Source: a virus. From it: a stretch of 64,000 bases of DNA. A program made the translations under genes and the position numbers. The notes under the pieces were generated by a model, which did not search any database, was not told where the DNA came from, and was given only the letters and a program-made list of their open reading frames with translations. The stretch is from the IMG/VR virus record IMGVR_UViG_3300042399_002267; one strand, given 5' to 3'. Shown in pieces: positions 30,127 to 38,405 of this stretch. Position 1 is the stretch's first letter; each line of letters opens with the position of its first letter.

Positions 30127-30920
30127 TGGAAAATAACGAACCTGAATCATTTATTATTCAAAATGTCACTCTAAGTCCACACTACGTCAGCGATATCAGA
30201 TTGCAATTTGATCCTCTGGCTGTGATTGATCTCACTTGGGAAGAATCTAAAGCTGTAAAGGCATCGAAAGATTTAAGAAACTCCTTGAGAACTGGTGTTC
30301 TAAGAAAGATTACACAAGATCAATGGGAAAAGATTCTTGAAAAGCAAACTATTCGTGAAAAAAAAGAGCTTCTTAAGCAACAAGACTTTGAAAATCTTAG
30401 AACTATTGATGTAGATGGAGAAGAAAAGCAAGTTGAAATTATTGATCTTCAAAAGGGAAATTCTTCAAAAGAAGCAGCAGTTTCTACGTCTGGATATGCG
30501 AATGACTCTATGAGTTATGCTTTAGCACTAGACATTGCTCAACAACAAGCAGAACTTCGTGGAGACGAATTGTCTGTTGAAGAGTTTGCTGAACAAGTAA
30601 AGAATAATGCACATCTTGTTCCTACATTGATCAAGCAAGCAAGAAATTTATCTGAAAACTCTTCTGTTTCAGGAGATGCTAGGAAGGGTAAAGCATATGT
30701 TGCATATCAAGCTGAACAAAATGCTGGCACATCAGTAAAACAAATGAATATGACAAATTTTAACAGAGATGGTTATGTTGCTAATGGATCAGATAGTAAT
30801 AATATTCCTATCAAAGATGCATTGGATATTGAAGCATATGATGACATGCCAATTGCAGAAGCTATCGATCTAGAAGGCGAATCTGGAGATGATGAAAAGG
30901 GCTCTGTACGTAGACTTTAG
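30126..30920 (+). CDS. Hypothetical protein (264 aa), acidic C-terminus
   Basis: TAATG coupling at 30126; open 264 codons. Confidence 0.8.
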   Translation: MENNEPESFIIQNVTLSPHYVSDIRLQFDPLAVIDLTWEESKAVKASKDLRNSLRTGVLRKITQDQWEKILEKQTIREKKELLKQQDFENLRTIDVDGEEKQVEIIDLQKGNSSKEAAVSTSGYANDSMSYALALDIAQQQAELRGDELSVEEFAEQVKNNAHLVPTLIKQARNLSENSSVSGDARKGKAYVAYQAEQNAGTSVKQMNMTNFNRDGYVANGSDSNNIPIKDALDIEAYDDMPIAEAIDLEGESGDDEKGSVRRL

Positions 30921-30942
30921 AAATTTGAAGTAGACGAAGTTT

Positions 30943-30969
30943 AAAAGGCTACCGTTGAGTAGCCTTTTT
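30943..30969 (+). terminator. Intrinsic terminator-like hairpin (could act on both strands)
   Basis: AAAAGGCTAC-CGTTGA-GTAGCCTTTT-T: perfect 10-bp stem, 6-nt loop, T5 tail, 22 nt after the stop of 30126..30920. Confidence 0.75.
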
Positions 30970-30984
30970 CAATTGGAGATAACG

Positions 30985-32103
30985 ATGTCAGATATACAAC
31001 AATTTTCTTTTTCACAAAGTCCATTAGTTTACTACAATACTAATTCAACAAATCCAGGAATTTATCTTGAATGGGAAAGGTACAATATCACTGACACATA
31101 TGCTTACAATGTTTACAAAAGTGCTACTTTTGAAGGAACAATAGGCAATGAATATACACTTCTGACTACAGTCCCTTATCCTATAAATGAGATGGTAGAT
31201 GGTTATGGAAGTCCAAACAATTACTACAGAATTCAAGAAGTAGACAATCAAGGAAATCAATTAAATGTTGGGCAACCTATTGGTGGTGATGAACTTCTTA
31301 TAAAATCAAGCCTAAGATACGAACTTGAACATTTATTGAATATACCAATCTACGATGAAGAATTGATATTTTATGGATCTAGGACAAAAGCAACATCTGC
31401 ATTTCCTTTTTGGAATTATTACCCTAGACCTGAAATAAGAATTACAGGATTTTCAAATGAAGGAGATAGGGATGCTCTTATTCATTTATCTGAAGTAGAA
31501 CCTACCTTCAAAACTATAAATGCAGGATACGAACCAATTGAGTATTCTAGAGATGGAAATGTTGTTGAATACCCTGGTGGAAACAACTACAATGAGGGTC
31601 TTTTATATAAATGTGACTATATGGGCAATGTTTACTTTGTAGATCAAAGAGAAAGAGCATATGCAATTCATCCATATGACACTGTTTTTGCATCTTACAC
31701 AATTAGAATGTTTACAAGTCAACACATGAACAGTGCATTAAATATGGCATTACAAACTATAAATGCCCAACCTGGTTCTAGTAAATATCCTACTGTAGCA
31801 TCTGCTCCTTTTTATTATGATCCTGCTATAGTTTTTGGTGCATGTTATTACTTACTAAGAGCACTATTAGTATCTCTTACAGGAAGACAAAGAAGATTAT
31901 TGTTAGAAGATCCTGATGCTAAAATTATTGACGAATTAAGAAGTACTGCTACTATGTACAAAGAAGACTTCGATAAACAACTTGAAAAACTTCCAATTGC
32001 AAGATATCCGGGTGTCAGAGGTATTGTTGTACCAGAGTTCAATATGCCTGGTGGTAGATCAAGATTCTTCAGATACATATGGAACCTTGGTACTGGTGGC
32101 TAG
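30985..32103 (+). CDS. Neck/head-tail adaptor-like protein with N-terminal FN3/Ig-like domain (372 aa)
   Basis: Start moved to ATG 30985 (GGAG-ATAACG-ATG). N-terminal IYLEWE..YAYNVYKS...YYRIQEVD; C-terminal MFTSQHMNSALNMALQTINAQP...PAIVFGACYYLL...YKEDFDKQL resembles helical adaptor proteins. Confidence 0.55.
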   Translation: MSDIQQFSFSQSPLVYYNTNSTNPGIYLEWERYNITDTYAYNVYKSATFEGTIGNEYTLLTTVPYPINEMVDGYGSPNNYYRIQEVDNQGNQLNVGQPIGGDELLIKSSLRYELEHLLNIPIYDEELIFYGSRTKATSAFPFWNYYPRPEIRITGFSNEGDRDALIHLSEVEPTFKTINAGYEPIEYSRDGNVVEYPGGNNYNEGLLYKCDYMGNVYFVDQRERAYAIHPYDTVFASYTIRMFTSQHMNSALNMALQTINAQPGSSKYPTVASAPFYYDPAIVFGACYYLLRALLVSLTGRQRRLLLEDPDAKIIDELRSTATMYKEDFDKQLEKLPIARYPGVRGIVVPEFNMPGGRSRFFRYIWNLGTGG

Positions 32104-32106
32104 TTT

Positions 32107-32763
32107 ATGAATTTGATAATTTGTGATTCTAAAAATATACATCTAATAAATAAAATAAAAATAGATGGTAAGAAAAACAAACTAATCATTGTGGGTGATA
32201 GAAATAAGAACTTTTATCTGATTTGCAAAAATGTCAAGTTTGTATCATGCATAACTGACATACTTAAATTAAAATCAAAATATCATAAATATATTTTTAT
32301 AGATAAAATTCAATATATGGACCCAGAGTTGATAAATAAAATAAAATATTTATCGCCTGGGTCTTTTTATGCTTCAAATTTTTTTGGAGATGACGAATTG
32401 TATATCATGCAAGTAATGGGTTTTTTACCAGATATTCTTACTGGCAATTGGCACAATGAATATATAAATAGATGTAACTTATCAAAAACAGATTTAAAAT
32501 TTGATTTTTTAGAAAAATATATCTTTACTAAAAATAAAGAAATATTTAATTTTAACAAATACCATACTTTGAATCCAAGAAACATTTTGATTACTAATAA
32601 AATAAATAAAGTAAAAAAATGCATAAATGGTACAAAAAATATATCAGATTTTATAAATAAATATCACTCTGAAGAAAAAATTTATCTTTTGGGAAATATA
32701 TGGTCCTTAAATGATAATGAGGACCAAGAAGAATATGTCAATAGATTATATAAACTTCGATAA
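32107..32763 (+). CDS. Hypothetical protein (218 aa), very AT-rich; possibly a degenerate glycosyltransferase-type fold
   Basis: Open ORF in a co-oriented run, next to glycosyltransferase-like genes; no clear catalytic motif. Confidence 0.6.
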   Translation: MNLIICDSKNIHLINKIKIDGKKNKLIIVGDRNKNFYLICKNVKFVSCITDILKLKSKYHKYIFIDKIQYMDPELINKIKYLSPGSFYASNFFGDDELYIMQVMGFLPDILTGNWHNEYINRCNLSKTDLKFDFLEKYIFTKNKEIFNFNKYHTLNPRNILITNKINKVKKCINGTKNISDFINKYHSEEKIYLLGNIWSLNDNEDQEEYVNRLYKLR

Positions 32764-33370
32764 TACAAAATTTCTTATTTCTTCACATGTATCATCATTT
32801 GATTATGCACAAAAACTACTTAAAGCATCTTTACTTAAAAATAACATTCCTGAAGAGAATATATATACTGTTGTAGCAGATACTGAAAATAATAAAATTG
32901 AAAATAATGTAATTTCAACAGATCATAATTCATACGATCATACAGCAATTATTGAAATTGCAAAAAGAAATATATATTCAAAGTATTGGTTCATTATGCA
33001 TGACACATGTGAATGTGGAAATCAATTTTACAATCTCTTAAAAAATAAAATTATTGTGAAAGATTATGTTGCTATGTCTGAAATGGCTTGGCTAAATATG
33101 GGACTATTTTCAAATAATTTCATTCAAGAAAATAAAAATTATATTTTATCTCTAGAAAATTGCAGCAAAAAGAGAGCTATTTTATCAGAACGTGTTTTTA
33201 GTAAACTTTGTGATTATGACTTTTTCGGGTCACAAAGTGATGTTCAAACTATCAGAAACTGTAAAATTTACAATGATTCTAAAAAAAGAATTGCATTGTA
33301 TTTTCCATATCTTGATTTTTATAAATATCAAAGTTATGAAGCACAAAAAATTATGGAGTTTAAGGAATAA
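32735..33370 (+). CDS. Putative GT-A glycosyltransferase-like protein
   Basis: HNSYDHTAIIEI...YWFIMHDTCECG.QF resembles a family of viral glycosyltransferase-like proteins; likely start ATG 32735 (MSIDY) rather than 32711. Confidence 0.45.
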   Translation: MSIDYINFDNTKFLISSHVSSFDYAQKLLKASLLKNNIPEENIYTVVADTENNKIENNVISTDHNSYDHTAIIEIAKRNIYSKYWFIMHDTCECGNQFYNLLKNKIIVKDYVAMSEMAWLNMGLFSNNFIQENKNYILSLENCSKKRAILSERVFSKLCDYDFFGSQSDVQTIRNCKIYNDSKKRIALYFPYLDFYKYQSYEAQKIMEFKE

Positions 33371-33373
33371 AAT

Positions 33374-35173
33374 ATGTTTTTACAAGACTGCGAGATTGAG
33401 GATTGTTCCATTGAATATGGAGAATTAGGAATTAATGGAAAAACAGGTTATGAGATTATTCCGTCAGTCAACAGCAATCCAGTATTGCATTTTATTAGTG
33501 CTCATCCAAAAAGTTATATAAGATTTAAGATATCACCACTATACAGATTCTTCTCTTGTCAGATAGCGCTCAATGATTCTTCGGACAATGATGCTTTAGC
33601 TAGTTTTGAAATTAAAGTGGACGGAGAAACAAGTTTTTATTCTAGAAATTTACCTAAGAATAAAATACAGACTGTGCAAATTTTTCTCAATGAAAACACT
33701 ATTATTGAATTATTCTGTGAATATTCTGGAACAAGTATTTGTCATGGATTATGGATTCAACCAGAACTTTTTCAAAATCCACCAAAAAACCTAATTGATG
33801 CTTTTCAAACTTCTCTTATATCAACAAGAAAATATTTTGATGAAAAACTAGACTATTGTATAGCATGTTATTTTGATGAAAATAATTTTAAGTACTTTAA
33901 GTATTTTCATGAAAATATTATGAGGCATACAAAACTAAACCTTGAATTTATTGTTTTTTGTGAAGACTATTACCCTGAAATAAAAGAATTTTCAAGATCG
34001 ACAAATACAAGATTTATTAAAATTTCTGATATTTATCATGAAAAAATAATAGAAAAAAACAAAAGAGGTTTCTTAAATAAAGCATCTCTTTTTTCTATAG
34101 CAAAATTTATTAATTCAAATAAATATTTATTAATTGATGTAGACATTGTAACAACTAAAGATATCAAAGAAATATTTGATGTTATTGAAGATGAGGAAAC
34201 TTTGTATGTAACTAGAGATGCTCATACTGAAGGACTTACCTTTGGAGAGATTGTTACTGAACCTTGGAGCGCATATGAAGGCACATCAAAATGCAAAGAT
34301 ATTTTGAAACTTACTCCAGAAGAATGCGCCTCTGAGCTAATTCTTAATTCTGGAGTTATTGCTGGTCACCGCAAAGCTATACTTGGTTTAGAAAGTGAAC
34401 TTTACAAAATGTTACCACTTTCTAGATTTTATTTTGACGAAAACTCAAATTGTGGGCTTAGAGAACAAGCTGTTGTTAATTTAGCAACCATTAGATATGA
34501 GAAATACAAAATACTGCCTAAAAAATACAATCTGCAAGTTCTTTGGGAAGAAATAATACTAACACAAGAAGATGAAAAAATAAGTGCTATATCAGAAGAT
34601 TTCGAGCCTCTTTTCGTTCACTTCAATGGACCAGGTGCTAAAAATGATTTGAGAAAAATTTACAATGACCTTTCAGTTCTAAATGATTTTAAATATTCAA
34701 AAGAAAAAATTGGGAGAGATTTATCTAAAATTTTTGAACACAAAAATAATATAAAAGTTCTTGATGTTCAAACAAATGAAACTATCAGTCAAAGCCTCAA
34801 AAATACTTGCAAAATAAAATGCGAGATTACAAGAATTCTAAATAAAAGAAAAATATTTATTACAGATAATGAAATAACTGAATACTCAATAAAAGATTTA
34901 TATTCGGAAATGAAGAAAATTTCAACTGAAGAAACTTTTGATTTGATTATTGTTAGTAATTTAGAATCCAAACACAACATTCTTACAAAAATGCTGTTAG
35001 CCACGAGAATGCTCAATGATGGATATATTTGTTTCAATGAGTATGACTATGCTGAATCAAAAATAGAGACAATAATGAAAAATAATTCGATATCTAGTGA
35101 ATACAAAATAGAATTTGAAAAACAAGAAAATATAAATCAAAAAATTTATCTTTTGAGAAAAATATGCAATTAG
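33374..35173 (+). CDS. NPCBM/NEW2 carbohydrate-binding domain + GT8-like glycosyltransferase + degenerate methyltransferase-like domain (599 aa)
   Basis: N-terminal YGELGING.TG...ISAHPKSYIRF...ASFEIKVDG...HGLWIQPEL; GT8 motifs LLIDVDIV (DxD), LNSGVI, EQAVVN, KKYN, VHFNG; C-terminal FDLIIVS...RMLNDGYICFNEY. Confidence 0.7.
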   Translation: MFLQDCEIEDCSIEYGELGINGKTGYEIIPSVNSNPVLHFISAHPKSYIRFKISPLYRFFSCQIALNDSSDNDALASFEIKVDGETSFYSRNLPKNKIQTVQIFLNENTIIELFCEYSGTSICHGLWIQPELFQNPPKNLIDAFQTSLISTRKYFDEKLDYCIACYFDENNFKYFKYFHENIMRHTKLNLEFIVFCEDYYPEIKEFSRSTNTRFIKISDIYHEKIIEKNKRGFLNKASLFSIAKFINSNKYLLIDVDIVTTKDIKEIFDVIEDEETLYVTRDAHTEGLTFGEIVTEPWSAYEGTSKCKDILKLTPEECASELILNSGVIAGHRKAILGLESELYKMLPLSRFYFDENSNCGLREQAVVNLATIRYEKYKILPKKYNLQVLWEEIILTQEDEKISAISEDFEPLFVHFNGPGAKNDLRKIYNDLSVLNDFKYSKEKIGRDLSKIFEHKNNIKVLDVQTNETISQSLKNTCKIKCEITRILNKRKIFITDNEITEYSIKDLYSEMKKISTEETFDLIIVSNLESKHNILTKMLLATRMLNDGYICFNEYDYAESKIETIMKNNSISSEYKIEFEKQENINQKIYLLRKICN

Positions 35174-36642
35174 AAATTCAAAAATATCTTAGATCTGGAA
35201 AAAATATTCAAGATCTTATATGGGAATACGATCTTCAAGCTTTTTATTCTGATCAATATCCAGATTTAGTATGTTTTGATTATTCAATAATATCACCTAA
35301 ATCAGAAAAAATAGTTCAAGAAGCTAGAGGTTTAGTATTAAAAAAACAAAATTGGGATGTTGCCTGTATATCAATGCCAGCATTTGAATATTTTAATGAA
35401 GATTTTGAATATTCAAATGCAAGAGCTTTAGAAAAATATGATGGCTGTTTGGTGATTCTTTTTTATTATGAAAATGAATGGATAACTGCTACTAGATTTT
35501 CAGTTGATGGCGATTGTTATGTAGCATCTGCATACACAATTGAAAAAAAGCTAAAATGGAAAGAGTTATTTTATCAAGCAATATATGATATGGGTTTTGA
35601 AAAAGATTATTTTCTTAACTCGTTAGACACAAATAAATGTTATAGTTTTGAACTATGTTCAAATGTAAATAAAAATATTGTAATTTACGATGATACTTTT
35701 GTAAAATTAATTTCAATAACTAATAAAAATACTTATATTGAAGAAAATATATTTAATAATAAACTATTTCTCAATATTTTTTCAGATTTTTTACCTAACA
35801 GTTTTTATATCAACTCAAAGAATGATGTAAACACTTATTTAGAAAAAAATCATCCTGGTTTTTCTTTAGAGGGTTTAGTGCTCTTGGATGAAAAATTTAG
35901 AAGAATCAAAATTAGAAATAAAAATTATGATGCGATAACTTCTACTGTGGCTCTATCAAACGAAGAAAAAGTTGAAGATTATATCCAAAATTTAATAAAA
36001 GCAGTTTCCCCGCCAATTGAAAGTTTAAAATATTGTTACACGTACCCTCTTGACCCCACTCAAAGAATTCTTTGCAATTCTGATACTATACCACTACCAT
36101 CAGGAGCATATCTTATATCTTTCAATAATGCTGATTGTACCACATGTGATAATACTATGCTTTTCTCATGGTGTCGAGACAATGGTGATGGTACTCAGAA
36201 CTGTGTTGGAGGGTCTATTTCAGCACCCTATGACCCTGGCTATCTTAACGGTACTTACACAATAGATCAATATGCCGGTCCATATTTAGATTTGAATTGT
36301 GATGGTACTTGTCTTTCATATGAACTACCTCCTGGAGAATTATCAATAATGTCTACCAAGACAAAGGGATGTACATCAAGTTGGATTCCAAAAAAACAAT
36401 CAGATGACCAACCAGTAGCTTCGTCAATAATTGAAATAAGCCAATGGTTTAGAAATCAATTTATGAAGTATAAGTCTGGAGATACAGAGAGTAAAGAAAA
36501 AATGTTAAGTGTATGGGAGTTGGCATTCTACCAAATGAATGAAGGTAAAGGAATTACAACTATTCTAATCAACTCTTCATTAGAAGAACAAATGAATGCA
36601 ATACAGAAATACAATGATATGAGCAGAAGAAATCTGCTTTAA
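35164..36642 (+). CDS. T4 Rnl1-family RNA ligase-like protein with a Cys-rich insertion (492 aa)
   Basis: QEARGLVL, LEKYDG (motif I KxDG), W.TATR, SFELCS.VN (motif III), EGLVLLD (motif IV), RIKIRNKNY (motif V). Confidence 0.75.
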   Translation: MQLEIQKYLRSGKNIQDLIWEYDLQAFYSDQYPDLVCFDYSIISPKSEKIVQEARGLVLKKQNWDVACISMPAFEYFNEDFEYSNARALEKYDGCLVILFYYENEWITATRFSVDGDCYVASAYTIEKKLKWKELFYQAIYDMGFEKDYFLNSLDTNKCYSFELCSNVNKNIVIYDDTFVKLISITNKNTYIEENIFNNKLFLNIFSDFLPNSFYINSKNDVNTYLEKNHPGFSLEGLVLLDEKFRRIKIRNKNYDAITSTVALSNEEKVEDYIQNLIKAVSPPIESLKYCYTYPLDPTQRILCNSDTIPLPSGAYLISFNNADCTTCDNTMLFSWCRDNGDGTQNCVGGSISAPYDPGYLNGTYTIDQYAGPYLDLNCDGTCLSYELPPGELSIMSTKTKGCTSSWIPKKQSDDQPVASSIIEISQWFRNQFMKYKSGDTESKEKMLSVWELAFYQMNEGKGITTILINSSLEEQMNAIQKYNDMSRRNLL

Positions 36643-36738
36643 ATTAAATTATTAAATTTAAAGCTTTAATTTAAAGTTAAATATATATTCCCTAATATCG
36701 GGTGTACAAAAACAGAAAACAGAAAAGAGGGTATGAAA

Positions 36739-37122
36739 ATGGATAGATTGATCAACACTTTGAAGAAGGCAAGCACTAAAGTGGCACAGATAAGACCTGA
36801 TTTAGCCACTGATATTAACTATGCTGTCAATGACTTATCTGACACCAAAGATCCATCTACAATGATAGAATCTTATGCTAAACCTACAAGCAATATAACT
36901 GTCAAAGATAACAATGGAATTGTGCATAGTTTTTCAGTTGAAATTAAATCTGATAAAAACAGTTCAATCCCTGACACAGAACTAATGTCAAAGATTCTTC
37001 AAGCAATAGAAGGACATAGCGTTTCTGAATTTGACAATACTAATGAGTTTTCCACAGGGTCTCCGCAAAAGTTTGAGGTTGTCTCTTTTAAATATGAAAG
37101 AAAAGAAGAGAGAGGCAAATAG
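36739..37122 (+). CDS. Hypothetical protein (~127 aa) with KVAQ motif
   Basis: GAGG SD is 8 nt from ATG 36739 but only 2 nt from 36733; MDRLINTLKKASTKVAQ... Confidence 0.75.
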   Translation: MDRLINTLKKASTKVAQIRPDLATDINYAVNDLSDTKDPSTMIESYAKPTSNITVKDNNGIVHSFSVEIKSDKNSSIPDTELMSKILQAIEGHSVSEFDNTNEFSTGSPQKFEVVSFKYERKEERGK

Positions 37123-37139
37123 TCCTGTACAATAGCCTT

Positions 37140-37688
37140 ATGGATGAAGATGAAATTAAAACCCTAAGGCATAGCTTCACAAGCAAAGAAGATGCTGGAA
37201 AAGTCAAAAAAAATCAGTTTGGTCACACTGTTCTTGGAAAAAGTCAAGATTTAGATATTTCTAAAACTCAAGTTGAAATTAATAATTTGGGTGAAGTTGA
37301 GGCTAACTATACTGAAAGTATTTTGACAAATCCAGCATTTCTAAGCTTGATTAATGCATTAGAAAAAAAAGAAACAAACTTTTCTGATCAGAATAATCAA
37401 GTTTCAGACTTTAAACCCAATAGTGTAAATTTAGCTGACTTACTCAATGAACTTGATGAAATGGATGGCACTTCTAAGAAAAAATTAGAATCATCGTCTG
37501 ATAGTTCTAATCAATCTATTGATCATATGAAATCTTGTTTGAACAAAGATTGTCTTTACTGTCTTCCTAAAGAGGCTAAATTTTGTCTCAAGTGTGGCAC
37601 TGCTCAAATGCCAAAATTTTGTACTGAATGCGGATTTAGTTTTCCCTCTATGGAAAAGTTCTGCCCTGACTGTGGCAAGAAAAGATAG
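37140..37688 (+). CDS. Protein with C-terminal double zinc ribbon (DZANK-like), 182 aa
   Basis: CLNKDC...AKFCLKCG...KFCTECG...EKFCPDCG; TACAAT lies 6 nt before the ATG and there is no SD (possible leaderless transcript). Confidence 0.75.
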   Translation: MDEDEIKTLRHSFTSKEDAGKVKKNQFGHTVLGKSQDLDISKTQVEINNLGEVEANYTESILTNPAFLSLINALEKKETNFSDQNNQVSDFKPNSVNLADLLNELDEMDGTSKKKLESSSDSSNQSIDHMKSCLNKDCLYCLPKEAKFCLKCGTAQMPKFCTECGFSFPSMEKFCPDCGKKR

Positions 37689-37721
37689 GTATTCAGCATA
37701 TAAATCTAGTAATTCTTTATT

Positions 37722-38405
37722 ATGAAACAATCTTGGTTGTCAATTGCTAGAAAATGCACAGCTCTCAGAAAACATGTACTAAGGGTCGATCTTTGTGTAT
37801 TCATTGATGATGAAGAAGCTTTTTCTAATGAAAATTACTTAAACTCTACAATAAAATCAATTTTATTAGCTGGTGTAGCAAAGGGTTTAGATATAATTGG
37901 AATTCTCACTCCTAACAATTCAGCCATAGGATACAGAGCAGCTCAGATAGCCAAACAACAACAGATGGATATCACAGTTATTCCTGGACAAACTTATTTA
38001 TGTGCTGAAAAAGAAGAGTTATACATATACAAGTATACAAAACCATTACCTCTGGGATTAACTATTGATAAAGTTTGCAAAGCTGTTCATGATGTAAATG
38101 GTTTTGTTGTAGCATCAAATATAAGTAAAAGAAAAGCTCAAACATTGGAAAAATTACAAGGAAGTGAATTTGCACCAGATGCAGTTGAGATATTCAATGC
38201 TAAAGTTGGTGGATACAGAGATTTGAATATTGATTTCCCTAAATTTGTTTCTTCAGGAGCGACATCAGCTACTGACTTAGAAAATACAAATGTTTTCACT
38301 CTTCTTGACAGAAAAGATGCAGAAGAAATGAAACTCTTACAGCCTGAAGAAGGCATAGATTTTGTACCTAAATACTTAAATCCACAAGGAGTTCAAAATG
38401 GCTAG
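37722..38405 (+). CDS. PHP-fold protein lacking the metal-binding residues (227 aa)
   Basis: Pattern LRVDLC...GLDIIGIL...ITVIPGQ...AVHDVNGFVVAS...DAVEIFNA...VSSGA follows the PHP layout, but HxH, TDH, GxE and SDAH are all substituted. Confidence 0.6.
   Translation: MKQSWLSIARKCTALRKHVLRVDLCVFIDDEEAFSNENYLNSTIKSILLAGVAKGLDIIGILTPNNSAIGYRAAQIAKQQQMDITVIPGQTYLCAEKEELYIYKYTKPLPLGLTIDKVCKAVHDVNGFVVASNISKRKAQTLEKLQGSEFAPDAVEIFNAKVGGYRDLNIDFPKFVSSGATSATDLENTNVFTLLDRKDAEEMKLLQPEEGIDFVPKYLNPQGVQNG

Noticed and set aside
36031-36345. Cys-rich insert in the RNA ligase interpreted as an intein or intron
   Set aside because: No His-Asn/Gln-(Cys/Ser/Thr) C-terminal splice junction, no homing-endonuclease motifs, and the frame is uninterrupted.
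36650-36725. TTAAAGCTTTAA palindrome (36658-36669) and ACAGAAA tandem in the gap before 36739
   Set aside because: Almost entirely A/T or very short, with no GC-rich stem or U-tract; expected by chance at this composition.
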